From an uncultured Lachnospiraceae bacterium (GTDB lineage Bacteria > Bacillota > Clostridia > TANB77 > CAG-508), in NCBI GenBank assembly GCA_946637865.1, contig CAMPBM010000003.1, positions 1 through 44,857 on the forward strand: a stretch of DNA of 44,857 nucleotides, written 5' to 3'. The notes beneath the pieces were generated by a model, which saw nothing but the letters and a program-made list of their open reading frames with translations, ran no database searches and was not told the origin of the DNA. Shown one piece after another: positions 1-10,553 of this stretch. Each line of letters opens with the position of its first letter. Position 1 is the first letter of the stretch. The position numbers were made by a program, and so were the translations under genes.

Positions 1-2
1 AC

Positions 3-55
3 ATAATTTTAATTTTTGACGGCTACCTGCACAAGTAAACCACCTGAACTGTAAC
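3..55. repeat. 53-bp repeat, inverted copy of 44805-44857
   Basis: ataattttaatttttgacggctacctgcacaagtaaaccacctgaactgtaac matches the reverse complement of the window end at 50/53 nt. Confidence 0.9.
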
Positions 56-93
56 AAACCGTAATCAAACATAAAACTTAAACCAAAAAAGAC

Positions 94-122
94 TTGCATA
101 ACTACTACACATAGTATAAAAT
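94..122 (+). promoter_or_regulatory. putative sigma70/sigmaA promoter
   Basis: TTGCAT-17 nt-TAAAAT upstream of the first gene. Confidence 0.45.
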
Positions 123-212
123 AACACTGAAAAACGAAATATAAAATAGGGGAAAGGGATTAATCAATTAAATAGAATAATATTTCTATATAATTGATTA
201 TACGAGAAATAA

Positions 213-689
213 ATGAAAAATAAAAAGGTATTATTTATATCCAGTACAGGAGGGCATTTAAGTGAATTAATGCAATTAAAAAAGTTATTTACAAAGTTTT
301 CATATTATATAGTAACAGAGAAAACTAAAAGTAATGAATACTTAGCAGAAGAATATAAAGGCAAAATATCATTTTTAGTATATGGAACCAAAAGAAATCC
401 GTTTACTTATTTTTTCATATATACATTTAACATAATAAAAAGTTTAATAATTTTCTTTAAACAAAAACCGGATGTCATTGTGACAACCGGAACACACACT
501 GCTGTTCCAATGTGCTATATTGCTAAGATTTTTAAGAAAAAAGTTATTTATATAGAAACCTTTGCAAATAGAAATTCAAAAACAGTAGCGGGAAGAATTG
601 TATACCCTATTGCGGATGTATTTGTTGTGCAATGGGAGGAAATGAAAAAGTTATATCCGAGAGCTGAATACTGGGGGTGGATTTATTAA
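213..689 (+). CDS. PssD/CpsF (Alg14-like) glycosyltransferase subunit
   Basis: SSTGGHLSEL, PDVIVTTG, IYIETFA and VQWEEM motifs. Confidence 0.9.
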   Translation: MKNKKVLFISSTGGHLSELMQLKKLFTKFSYYIVTEKTKSNEYLAEEYKGKISFLVYGTKRNPFTYFFIYTFNIIKSLIIFFKQKPDVIVTTGTHTAVPMCYIAKIFKKKVIYIETFANRNSKTVAGRIVYPIADVFVVQWEEMKKLYPRAEYWGWIY

Positions 690-1177
690 TGATTTTTGTA
701 ACGGTAGGTACACAAGATAAGCAGTTTAAAAGATTGCTTGTAGAAGTGGAAAGATTGATAAAAGTTGGCAAGATTACAGAGCCTGTAGTGGCACAAGTTG
801 GAAACACAAAGTTTACTACGGATTTAGAGGATAGTAAAATGCGTATAATTGAATTTACTACTCCAAAGGAGGTTGCTGGGTTTATTCAGGAGGCTAGTTT
901 TATAATTACACACGGCGGGGTTGCTACTATTATAGAGGGATTGAATTATGGAAAGAAAATTATTGCTGTACCTAGGTTGAGGGAGTATAAGGAGCATGTT
1001 AATAATCATCAGTTGCAGATTATTGAAAATTTCGGTGAGAGTGGATATATTATTGGAGTTAGTGGCGTTGAGGAAATAGAAGATGCTTTGAAGAAGGTAG
1101 ATGGTTTTGTGCCTAGGAAATATGTTAGTAATAATGAATCATTTGTGGATAGGTTAGAGGAGAGTATTATGATGTAG
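689..1177 (+). CDS. PssE/CpsG (Alg13-like, GT28 C-terminal) glycosyltransferase subunit
   Basis: MIFVTVGTQ..F.RL, ITHGG, AVPRL..EHVNNHQ; ATG at 689 overlaps the upstream TAA. Confidence 0.9.
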   Translation: MIFVTVGTQDKQFKRLLVEVERLIKVGKITEPVVAQVGNTKFTTDLEDSKMRIIEFTTPKEVAGFIQEASFIITHGGVATIIEGLNYGKKIIAVPRLREYKEHVNNHQLQIIENFGESGYIIGVSGVEEIEDALKKVDGFVPRKYVSNNESFVDRLEESIMM

Positions 1178-1266
1178 AAGTAGAATAGAACTATGTATAA
1201 TGTACCTATAGTAGTGGACATATCAAGAAGAAGATTATTTTGTCAGCGTGAAAGGAGAATAGAGCT

Positions 1267-2148
1267 ATGAAGGGAATTATTTTGGCAGGAGGAAAAGGTA
1301 CACGATTATATCCTATTACCGTATCTGTATCAAAACAATTATTACCAATTTATGATAAACCAATGATATACTATCCATTATCTGTATTAATGAATGCTGG
1401 TATAAGAGAAATATTAATAATTACTACAAGAAATTCACTAAAAATGTATAAAACACTATTAGGTGATGGTAAAGAACTTGGATTATCAATTGAATATATA
1501 ATTCAAGAACAACCAAGAGGACTTGCAGATGCGTTTATTCTTGGCGAACAATTTATAGGTATGGATAATGTATGTTTGATATTGGGGGACAATTTTTTTT
1601 ATGGAAATGATTTGACAGGCATTTTGGAAAACGCAATAAGTAGAAAAAATGGGGCAACAATATTTGGTTATTTAGTGCAAAATCCTAAAGACTTTGGTGT
1701 TGTTGAGTTTGATAAAAATAATAAAGTGATTTCCATTGTAGAAAAACCTAAAAAACCTAAGTCGAGATATGCTGTACCAGGATTATACTTCTATGATAGC
1801 AGTGTTATAGAAATAGCAAAAAAAGTTGAACCATCAGCAAGAGGAGAGCTAGAGATAACTGCAATCAATAACGAATATTTAAAAAGAGGCAAATTATCAA
1901 TAGAATTAATGAATAGAGAAATTGTATGGTTGGATACTGGAACTCCTTCAGGTCTGCTAAAGGCAAGTTCATTTGTTAAAACTGTTCAAGAAAGACAAAA
2001 AACATATATTGCATGTCTAGAGGAAATAGCCTGGAGAAAAAAATATATTAATGATAAGCAGTTATTGGAACATGGAAAAAAGTTTGAAAAAAACAATTAT
2101 GGAAAGTACATATTATCATTATTAGAAAAAGGAAGTGTTGCAGTATGA
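1267..2148 (+). CDS. rfbA: glucose-1-phosphate thymidylyltransferase
   Basis: GIILAGGKGTRLYP, SKQLLPIYDKPMIYYP, LGDN, SARGELEIT, WLDTGT. Confidence 0.97.
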   Translation: MKGIILAGGKGTRLYPITVSVSKQLLPIYDKPMIYYPLSVLMNAGIREILIITTRNSLKMYKTLLGDGKELGLSIEYIIQEQPRGLADAFILGEQFIGMDNVCLILGDNFFYGNDLTGILENAISRKNGATIFGYLVQNPKDFGVVEFDKNNKVISIVEKPKKPKSRYAVPGLYFYDSSVIEIAKKVEPSARGELEITAINNEYLKRGKLSIELMNREIVWLDTGTPSGLLKASSFVKTVQERQKTYIACLEEIAWRKKYINDKQLLEHGKKFEKNNYGKYILSLLEKGSVAV

Positions 2149-3128
2149 AGTTTTTAGTTACAGGAGGAGCTGGATTTATAGGTAGTAATTTTCTACATTA
2201 TATGGTAAATAAGTATCCAGAGGATATTTTTATATGTCTGGATGTGTTAACATACGCTGGAAATTTAGCTTATCTGAAACCACTAGAAAACAAAAAGAAT
2301 TTTAGATTTATAAAAGGTGATATTAGAGATTCAGCATTTCTAGATGAATTATTCTGTGCAGAAAGATTTGATATAGTTATTAATTTTGCGGCTGAATCAC
2401 ATGTTGATAATTCTATAAAGAATCCTAATATATTCGCTGATACAAATATATTAGGAACAATGGTATTAATGAATATATCTAAAAAATATGGGGTAATGCG
2501 ATATCATCAAATTTCAACAGATGAGGTTTACGGAGAACTTCCAATAGATGAACCTAAAAGAAAATTTACTGAAAATACGCCGATTTGTCCTTCAAGCCCA
2601 TACTCAGCTTCTAAAGCAGGTGCTGATTTGCAGGTAATGGCATATGCTAGAACATATGGATTACCTGTATCAATATCTAGATGCTCAAATAATTATGGTC
2701 CATATCAGTTTAAGGAAAAATTAATACCATTAACTATTTCTAAAGCTATAAAAAATCAGCCTATTCCAGTGTATGGAACTGGAGAGAACATAAGGGATTG
2801 GATACATGTTCATGACCATAATGTGGGAATTGATATGATAATTAGAAAGGGAAAGGATAATGAGGTATATAATTTAGGTGGACATGCTGAAAGAACGAAT
2901 ATTTATGTTGTAAAAAAAATATTACAATATTTAAATAAGCCAGAGGATTTAATAACATATGTTACGGATAGACCTGGTCACGATAAAAGATATGCGATTG
3001 ATTCTAGCAAAATTGAGAGAGAACTTGGATGGGTTAGGGAGTACGATTTTGAAAAAGGTTTGGAAGAAACGGTGGATTGGTATTTGGAACATGGGGAGTA
3101 TTTAAACATGAATCATATGAAAAAATAG
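2145..3128 (+). CDS. rfbB: dTDP-glucose 4,6-dehydratase
   Basis: VTGGAGFIGSNF, FAAESHVD, STDEVYG, YSASK, DRPGHD.RY. Confidence 0.97.
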   Translation: MKFLVTGGAGFIGSNFLHYMVNKYPEDIFICLDVLTYAGNLAYLKPLENKKNFRFIKGDIRDSAFLDELFCAERFDIVINFAAESHVDNSIKNPNIFADTNILGTMVLMNISKKYGVMRYHQISTDEVYGELPIDEPKRKFTENTPICPSSPYSASKAGADLQVMAYARTYGLPVSISRCSNNYGPYQFKEKLIPLTISKAIKNQPIPVYGTGENIRDWIHVHDHNVGIDMIIRKGKDNEVYNLGGHAERTNIYVVKKILQYLNKPEDLITYVTDRPGHDKRYAIDSSKIERELGWVREYDFEKGLEETVDWYLEHGEYLNMNHMKK

Positions 3129-3216
3129 AATATATAAAGATAGGTAATTGTTACCATAGGTTTATAGGTATATCCTTTAAAAAACCTAAATATATAAAAT
3201 AAGGAATGATGCTTTT

Positions 3217-4164
3217 ATGAATAACATAAAAATTTTTGCATGCCCAACGGCTGAAGATTTTACAAAGGAGGTGTGTGATTTTTTGGGATTGGAGCCCTCT
3301 AAAATAGAAAATTACAAGTTTAAAAATGATAATAATTTTGTTAAGATTGGTGAAACAGTGAGAGAGCAAGATGTATATGTTATTCAAACTGTTGTGCCTC
3401 CAGTAAATGAAAGAATAATGGAACTGTTAATAACTATAGACGCATTAAAGAGGGCGTCTGCAAGAAGGATAAATGTTATATTACCATATTTCCCATATTC
3501 GCGAAGCGATAAAAAAGATCAACCAAGAGTACCTGTTACTGCTAAATTAATGGCACAGTTATTAGAATCAGCAGGCGCTAGCAGAGTAATCACTTGCGAC
3601 TTACATAACCCTGCAATACAGGCATATTTTAATATTCAATGTGATAGATTAACGGGTGAATTTTTATTAGAGAAGTATTTTAAAGAAAAGAATATCAAAG
3701 ATATGGTGGTTGTTGCCACTGATGCAGGTAGTTCTAAAAAAGCATATAAATACTCAGAATTCTTTAAATGCAATCTAGCGTTGATAGATAAGAGAAGGTA
3801 TGGAAATGATGATAATGCTGAAGCGGTACAGATAATTGGAGATGTAAAAGGAAAAACCGCAGTTATTTTTGATGATGAAATTAGTACTGGGGGAACTATG
3901 CTAGAGGCTGTAAGGATAGTAAAACAAAATGGCGCAAAAGAGGTATATGCAGCATGTACTCATCCCGTTTTATGTGGAGATGCAATTAATAAAATATTAA
4001 ATTCAGATTTAAAAGAATTGATTGTAACAAATACAATTCCACTCACAGTTGATAAGAAAATAGATAAAATAAAGGTTTTGTCTATTGCGCCATTATTTGC
4101 GGAAACCATAAAAAGAAATAATGAAGCTAAGCCAATAGACGATTTGTTTACAGTTGATTTGTAG
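3217..4164 (+). CDS. prs: ribose-phosphate pyrophosphokinase (PRPP synthetase)
   Basis: PYFPYSRSDKK, DLHNPAIQ, IFDDEISTGGT PRPP loop, VTNTIP. Confidence 0.95.
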   Translation: MNNIKIFACPTAEDFTKEVCDFLGLEPSKIENYKFKNDNNFVKIGETVREQDVYVIQTVVPPVNERIMELLITIDALKRASARRINVILPYFPYSRSDKKDQPRVPVTAKLMAQLLESAGASRVITCDLHNPAIQAYFNIQCDRLTGEFLLEKYFKEKNIKDMVVVATDAGSSKKAYKYSEFFKCNLALIDKRRYGNDDNAEAVQIIGDVKGKTAVIFDDEISTGGTMLEAVRIVKQNGAKEVYAACTHPVLCGDAINKILNSDLKELIVTNTIPLTVDKKIDKIKVLSIAPLFAETIKRNNEAKPIDDLFTVDL

Positions 4165-4232
4165 AAAATATAAAATATATTATAGAGTTGTTAAAAATGT
4201 AAAAAACACAGTATTGTATATAAGGAGAAAAA

Positions 4233-5636
4233 ATGGTATTTAGTAGTTTTTCGTTTTTATTTATATTTTTGCCGATAACGTTAATATTATATTATATAAT
4301 ACCAAAAAAGTATATTAAGGCTAAAAATATTGTATTGTTAATTATGTCTCTGCTATTTTACACAATAGGAGAAGTAAAATATTTTGGAATAATGATTTTA
4401 TCGATAATAGTAAATTATTTATTTTCTATTAAAATGAATGACAAAAATAGAAAGATATTATTAATTATATCTTTAATTTTCAATTTAGGGTTACTTGGAA
4501 TTTTTAAATACTTAAATTTTCTAATTTTAACACTAAATAATATACTTAGAACTAATATTACAACACTTAATATAACTCTTCCAATAGGAATAAGTTTTTA
4601 TACATTTCAAATTATGTCTTATGTTATTGATGTTTTTCTTAAAAAAGTTAAACCACAAAAGAGCATTATTAATGTGGCAACATATATATCACTATTTCCG
4701 CAATTAATTGCAGGACCAATTGTTAACTATAAAACTGTAGAAAATGAATTAACAAATAGAGAACAAAAAGTGGAAAAGATAGCAAGTGGATTTAGAAGGT
4801 TTATTATAGGTCTAGCAAAGAAGGTAATAATAGCAAATAATGTTGCAATATTGGCAGATGCTGTATTTAATAGCAATCCATTAGAGTTAGGAGCAGGTCT
4901 CATTTGGATTGGTGCAATAGCTTACGCATTCCAAATATACTTTGACTTCTCGGGATATAGTGATATGGCAATAGGACTTGGTAGAATTTTTGGATTTAAT
5001 TTTTTAGAAAACTTTAATTATCCATATATAGCGACAAGTATTACGGATTTTTGGAGAAGATGGCATATTTCTCTATCTTCCTGGTTTAGAGAATATGTAT
5101 ATATTCCTTTGGGAGGTAACAGATGTTCAAAAATAAAATGGTTTAGAAATATATTTATTGTTTGGATACTAACAGGATTTTGGCATGGTGCAAATTGGAA
5201 TTTTATTATATGGGGATTATATTTTGCTGTAATACTAATTATGGAAAAAATGTTTTTATTAAAAATTCTGAATAAAATTCCTAAAATCTTTAGTCATATC
5301 TATTCAATTTTTCTTATATTGATTGGTTGGATAATATTTAGAGTCGAGGATATAAACGCTATTTTACAATTATTAATAAATTTAGTAACATTTAAAAAAA
5401 CAAATTTGTCTACATTTTTAGCAGACAATGGTGATGTTTTATATGTAGTCCCTTTTTTTATTTTAGGAATAATTTGTTTTTCTCCACTATTAAAGAATTT
5501 TTTCAAATACATAGTAGAAAAAACGAACACAATAGGCTTATATATAAGAGATATAATGTTAGTTACAATTTTTATAGTAACAATTATTTTTTTATTGGCA
5601 GCAAGCTATAATCCATTCATATATTTTAGGTTTTAA
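4233..5636 (+). CDS. MBOAT O-acyltransferase (AlgI/DltB-like)
   Basis: LPIGISFYTFQ, FPQLIAGPI, YFDFSGYSDMAIG, FWRRWHISL, GFWHGA, NPFIYFRF. Confidence 0.95.
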   Translation: MVFSSFSFLFIFLPITLILYYIIPKKYIKAKNIVLLIMSLLFYTIGEVKYFGIMILSIIVNYLFSIKMNDKNRKILLIISLIFNLGLLGIFKYLNFLILTLNNILRTNITTLNITLPIGISFYTFQIMSYVIDVFLKKVKPQKSIINVATYISLFPQLIAGPIVNYKTVENELTNREQKVEKIASGFRRFIIGLAKKVIIANNVAILADAVFNSNPLELGAGLIWIGAIAYAFQIYFDFSGYSDMAIGLGRIFGFNFLENFNYPYIATSITDFWRRWHISLSSWFREYVYIPLGGNRCSKIKWFRNIFIVWILTGFWHGANWNFIIWGLYFAVILIMEKMFLLKILNKIPKIFSHIYSIFLILIGWIIFRVEDINAILQLLINLVTFKKTNLSTFLADNGDVLYVVPFFILGIICFSPLLKNFFKYIVEKTNTIGLYIRDIMLVTIFIVTIIFLLAASYNPFIYFRF

Positions 5637-5654
5637 TTATAAAGAGGTATAAAA

Positions 5655-6815
5655 ATGAGAGATAAAATATTTGTATTAATAATTTTTATTATAATTATTG
5701 CAATCCCAGTTAGTATATTTTTTAGAAAAGAAAAAAACATTTCTGTTACAGAAAATAGAGTACTATTAGCAAAACAAGATATAAAGATAGATAGATATAT
5801 AAATGATAAATTAAATACATATCTACAAGACCAATTTATATTTGGGGAAACATTAAAAAATATATATAATAATGAAAAAAATAAGATTATAGGTATTTCA
5901 ATGAATTTCATAGAGAAAAATAATATTATGAAAAAAATACCGATGGGAAAAGGTTTATTTAGGTTAGCAAATTCAGACTATATAGTATATAAAGATGCTA
6001 AATTAGAGGATTACAAAAATCAATATTTAATTAATTTAAATAGTATTAATAATCTATATGAAAAGCACAAAGACAAAGATTTTTTTGTGTATAATATTGT
6101 ATCAGACGATATATTAGAGTATAAAGATGAGTATGAAAGATTTATTAGGGAAAAACTTGATGAGAATATAATGTTTAAAAGTTCATCTCAAATAAATAAT
6201 TGGGAAGATTATAAAAAAAGCTTTTATAAAACAGATCACCACTGGAGTAAAGACGGTCAATATGCTGGATATGTTGATATCGCAAATATGATGGAAATTG
6301 AAAATATAGTTCTGGTTAGTGGAGAAAAAACATTCGATAAAATAAGGTTTTATGGATCTAAGGCAAGAGAGTTAGGAAACTTTGGTGATGTTTATGATAG
6401 TCTTGTTGTTAACGAGTATGATTATCCTGATATGTTGATTGAAATTAATAGGAAAGAAGTGGCTGATTATGGTGATGCTAGAGCTTTCTATGAAGGAAAG
6501 ATTCCTCAGGGAGAAATAGGAGAAAACTATTATGCAGATTTTTATGGTACAGATTATGCGTTAATAAAAATTACTGTAGAGGAAAATAAAGGAAAAGAAA
6601 ATATATTGATATTTTCAAATTCATATTCGAATCCCATTAATAAATTGATTGCTAGTAGCTTTTATAACACATATATAATTGATTTGAGACATTGGGAGAC
6701 ACAATTTGGAGAAAAATTTGATGCAGATGAGTTTATAGAAAGTCAAAATATAAATAGAGTTCTTATTATAGGAGGGTTTAATTATTTTAAACACGAAAAA
6801 TCTTTAATAAAATAG
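5655..6815 (+). CDS. DHHW-family (AlgJ/AlgX-like) extracytoplasmic acyltransferase partner
   Basis: N-terminal TM segment, ENR.L, FYKTDHHW, IDLR; adjacent to the MBOAT gene. Confidence 0.85.
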   Translation: MRDKIFVLIIFIIIIAIPVSIFFRKEKNISVTENRVLLAKQDIKIDRYINDKLNTYLQDQFIFGETLKNIYNNEKNKIIGISMNFIEKNNIMKKIPMGKGLFRLANSDYIVYKDAKLEDYKNQYLINLNSINNLYEKHKDKDFFVYNIVSDDILEYKDEYERFIREKLDENIMFKSSSQINNWEDYKKSFYKTDHHWSKDGQYAGYVDIANMMEIENIVLVSGEKTFDKIRFYGSKARELGNFGDVYDSLVVNEYDYPDMLIEINRKEVADYGDARAFYEGKIPQGEIGENYYADFYGTDYALIKITVEENKGKENILIFSNSYSNPINKLIASSFYNTYIIDLRHWETQFGEKFDADEFIESQNINRVLIIGGFNYFKHEKSLIK

Positions 6816-7020
6816 ACTGTATTACTAGTGTAATGAAAACCTGACCTGTAACTACAAGTGGCATTATTGAAAATTTTTTTCTTTAATAGCTTGAAGTTTA
6901 TATAAACAAATGATACAATGTTAGAAAATGTTTGAATAATAAAAAAATCCTTGACATTAATAATGTTGGTTCATATACATAAGAGTATATGCAATTTCTT
7001 ATAATTAAGGGGGAACGATT

Positions 7021-7584
7021 ATGACTACAGGAGAAAAAAAACTTCAAGAAGCAATTAGAAAAGGAGATGAAGATTTAGCAATTTCTTTATTAGAAAAAAT
7101 GTCTCAAATAGACAGTACATTAACATTTGAGGAAACAAAAAAGATGCCGAAGGTGTTTTCAATTGTTGAAAACATGATGAATAACTGTCTCAATAGTTAT
7201 GTAAGTGGAAATAATGCGAGAGGTATTCGGCAGGTTTTAATTATAACCAATAGTGTAAACGAAAATCAAAAAAAGCTTCTTTTAAATTGTAATGGCTATT
7301 TACAGGAAAAGATTGCAAGACAAATCTTTTGCGAAATTGGAATTTTGGATGATGTTGTTATAGAGATTCTTATGAATATTCCAATCAGATTTCTTGTCAA
7401 TAGTATTCGCTTAATATGTGAACAATGGCGTGCTAATGGAGTTTTTGTAAATTCCTATTCTGAAACTTTAAAGAAAAGAGTAGATATTCTATACTTAAAA
7501 AGACCGGAATTGTTATGCGAGAGCTTAATTGAATACCAGGATTTCTTTAGTGAAGATTTTCAAAAGAAATTGATATCTTTATAA
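7021..7584 (+). CDS. hypothetical protein (orphan)
   Basis: 187-aa ORF with AAGGGG RBS, upstream TTGACA and downstream terminator; has an in-frame CGG at 7228. Confidence 0.6.
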   Translation: MTTGEKKLQEAIRKGDEDLAISLLEKMSQIDSTLTFEETKKMPKVFSIVENMMNNCLNSYVSGNNARGIRQVLIITNSVNENQKKLLLNCNGYLQEKIARQIFCEIGILDDVVIEILMNIPIRFLVNSIRLICEQWRANGVFVNSYSETLKKRVDILYLKRPELLCESLIEYQDFFSEDFQKKLISL

Positions 7585-7628
7585 AAAATAAAATGATGCA
7601 AAAGAGTAAACATGATGACATTTTATAG

Positions 7629-7670
7629 TGTTGATAAGGTATTTTTTTAGATACTTTATCAACATTTTTT
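7629..7670 (+). terminator. intrinsic terminator
   Basis: tgttgataaggtat / atactttatcaaca stem followed by T6. Confidence 0.65.
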
Positions 7671-7706
7671 ATATAATAGAAAACTATTGTACAGAAATTT
7701 TCTGCC

Positions 7707-7748
7707 CTTACATATTCTTATATTGAACTACTCAGCAGTAATGGGTGA
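7707..7748. repeat. solo end of the GAGTAG-footed hairpin family
   Basis: cttacatattcttatattgaactactcagcagtaatgggtga resembles cttacataattcttatattggactactcagaaaaaatggctga at 30167-30209. Confidence 0.65.
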
Positions 7749-7826
7749 AAAGATAAAACTATTAAATATTAAAAAAATATTTACAAATAAACAAAAGTGT
7801 GAAATAATAAGAAAAAATCTGGGGGG

Positions 7827-8573
7827 ATGTTTCTTATGGGTACAAATGAGGATTTAGTAAGTAAATTGGAATGGAATAATAACATAAAAAATAGAGAGGA
7901 AAAAGAAGTTTTAGCTAGAAAGATTGCATCTTATGTAAAAAATGGAGATGTAGTTAGTTTTGGTTCTGGTACAACTTCTTTTTTAGCTGTAAAAGAAATT
8001 GGTAAGAGGTGCAGAATGGAACATTTAAAAATAACTGCTATACCTACATCAGAACAAATAAGTATGTTATGCGATTATTTAGAAATTAAGACTGCAGAAT
8101 TAGGAGATTATAAAATAAATTGGGGATTTGATGGCGCAGATGAGGTTGATGAAAATAACTGGTTGATAAAAGGTTTAGGGGGAGCGTTATACAAAGAAAA
8201 AAGAAATTTGATTCAAACACCAAAGGTTTTTATTTTAGTTGATAATACTAAAATTGTTAGTGAATTAGGCAAAAAATGTCCAGTTCCAGTTGAATGTGAC
8301 ATGGACAAAGTTGAGTATGTGCAAACTCAATTACAAAAATTAGGAGCAGTATCATGTAAAATAAGAACAAAGGTAAACTCTGATGAATTTTTTGTTTCAG
8401 AAAATAGAAGATATATTGTGGATGCGAAGTTTCAAAAAATTTCTATGGATTTAGAAAAAAATATTAATAAGATAGAAGGTGTATTGGAAAATGGATTATT
8501 TATTGGGTATGATAATATAGAAATAGTAACTGTAACAAAAAATTATATAAATTTTATAGGAGAGAGACATTGA
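7827..8573 (+). CDS. rpiA: ribose 5-phosphate isomerase A
   Basis: FGSGTT, DGADEVD, LIKGLGGAL..EK, PVPVE, GVLENGLF. Confidence 0.93.
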   Translation: MFLMGTNEDLVSKLEWNNNIKNREEKEVLARKIASYVKNGDVVSFGSGTTSFLAVKEIGKRCRMEHLKITAIPTSEQISMLCDYLEIKTAELGDYKINWGFDGADEVDENNWLIKGLGGALYKEKRNLIQTPKVFILVDNTKIVSELGKKCPVPVECDMDKVEYVQTQLQKLGAVSCKIRTKVNSDEFFVSENRRYIVDAKFQKISMDLEKNINKIEGVLENGLFIGYDNIEIVTVTKNYINFIGERH

Positions 8574-8636
8574 AATTTTAATATGAGTATGATAAGGTGA
8601 ATATGGAATATATATAAATTTGGAAAGGATAAATTT

Positions 8637-9591
8637 ATGACAAAAATCAGTGTAATAATTCCTGTTTATAATACAGAAAAGTATGTGGAAAAATGCCTTG
8701 ATTCGGTAAAACAGCAAACAATGAAAGATATTGAAGTAATCGTTATTAATGATCGGATCAACAGATAATTCAGAAAGTGTTATAAAAAAGTGGCATAAGG
8801 AGAATCAAAGTGTAAATTTAAAATATTATAAAAAACAAAATGGCGGATTGTCTAGCGCAAGGAATTATGGGGTAGAAAAGGCTGAAGGCAAATATATAAT
8901 GTTTTTAGATTCCGATGATTGTATAGCATCGTACTTGTTTAAAAATTTACATAAATACATAGAACAGGAAATAGATATTATAAAATATAAAATGTTAATT
9001 GTGAACGAAATAGGAGAAAAAATAGAAAAAATATCAGGACCAGTATTTGAAAAATGCACAGGAGAAGAGGCTTTTGAAAAGTTAGTGGGTATGGATAATT
9101 TTTTAGAGGTTGCTTGTGTTTATTTATACAAAAGGGACTTCTTTGTAAGAAATAATTTTAAATATAATGAAGTGAATAAATACCATGAGGACTTTGGATT
9201 AACACCACTAGTTATAGTTAATGCCAAGACGTTTATCTCAACTGACGTTTATGGATATTTATATAATCAAACTGAAAATAGTATTACACGTAACGAAGAT
9301 TATAATAAAACATTATTAATGGCTAATGATGTTCTGTGTCATTATGACAACATGGTAAATAGAATAGATAAATATTTAATAAGCAAAAAAACTAAAGATT
9401 TATTAAGAAAATATTATACAAATTCTGTAATTCTTAAAGCAAGTGAACTGAAGGGTAGAGATAGAAAAAAGTATTTTAAAGAAATAAGAAAAAGAAAAAT
9501 GTATAAAAATATAAAACCTATAAATGTTAAACAAGCTATAAAGAGAGTTACATTATTTATAAGTTTAAATTTATATATAAAAATGAGGTAA
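8637..9591 (+). CDS. GT2 glycosyltransferase with +1 frameshift at CGG 8754-8756 (~317 aa if recoded)
   Basis: Frame 0 reads MTKISVIIPVYNTEKYVEKCLDS..VIND then CGG; the +1 frame continues GSTDNS..NGGLSSARN..FLDSDD; colinear with the adjacent 318-aa paralog. Confidence 0.9.
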
Positions 9592-9596
9592 TTAAT

Positions 9597-10553
9597 ATGC
9601 CAAAAGTTAGTATTATTGTACCGGTGTACAATGTAGAAAAATATATAGAAAAATGTTTGAATACACTTGTAAATCAAACCTTAGAAGATATTGAGATAAT
9701 CATAGTGAATGATGGTTCAAAAGACAATTCAGAGGTTATTATTAATGAATTTTTAAAAAAATATCCTCAGAAAATAAAATACCTAAAGAAAGAAAATGGT
9801 GGATTATCGGATGCAAGGAATTTTGGAATACCACATGCTAAAGGTGAGTATATTGCGTTTTTAGATTCGGATGATTACGTAGAATTAAATACATATAAAG
9901 ATATGTATGAACTTGCAAAGTCTGAACATAGCGATTATGTGGAATGTGATTTTTTATGGGAATATCCAAATAGAGTGAAGAAGGATATTGGACAAGAATA
10001 TAATGGAAAACACGAAATGCTTGAGAAAGTTAGAGTTGTTGCGTGGAATAAACTTATAAGCCAAAGGGTTATAAAAAAAAGCAAAATACAATTCCCCAAA
10101 GGGTATAGGTATGAAGATATAGAATTTACATACAAAATTATACCATATATAGAAAAGGTTTCTTTCTTGAAAAAGCAATGTATACACTATGTTCAACGAG
10201 AAGGCTCAATTTCTAATTTACAAAATGAAAGAACAATAGAGATTTTGGATGTTTTAGAGGATGTAATTAATTATTACAAAGAAATGAATCTTTATGAGGA
10301 ATATTTTCATGAATTGGAATACACATATACAAGAATTTTATTATGTAGCTCTTTACTTAGGATGTGTAAAATAGAAAATAAAGAAATTAGAAATAGATTA
10401 ATAAACTTAACATGGGAAAAACTTAATACAAATTTTCCAAATTGGAAAAACAATAGAATACTAAAGGAAAAGAAAAATATTAAGAATTTGTACATGAAAT
10501 CGGTAACTAAGCTAACATACAAAATATATACAAAAATATTTAGGAGAATTTAA
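9597..10553 (+). CDS. GT2 glycosyltransferase
   Basis: VSIIVPVYNVEKY, VNDGSKD, NGGLSDARN, FLDSDD, YED. Confidence 0.95.
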   Translation: MPKVSIIVPVYNVEKYIEKCLNTLVNQTLEDIEIIIVNDGSKDNSEVIINEFLKKYPQKIKYLKKENGGLSDARNFGIPHAKGEYIAFLDSDDYVELNTYKDMYELAKSEHSDYVECDFLWEYPNRVKKDIGQEYNGKHEMLEKVRVVAWNKLISQRVIKKSKIQFPKGYRYEDIEFTYKIIPYIEKVSFLKKQCIHYVQREGSISNLQNERTIEILDVLEDVINYYKEMNLYEEYFHELEYTYTRILLCSSLLRMCKIENKEIRNRLINLTWEKLNTNFPNWKNNRILKEKKNIKNLYMKSVTKLTYKIYTKIFRRI

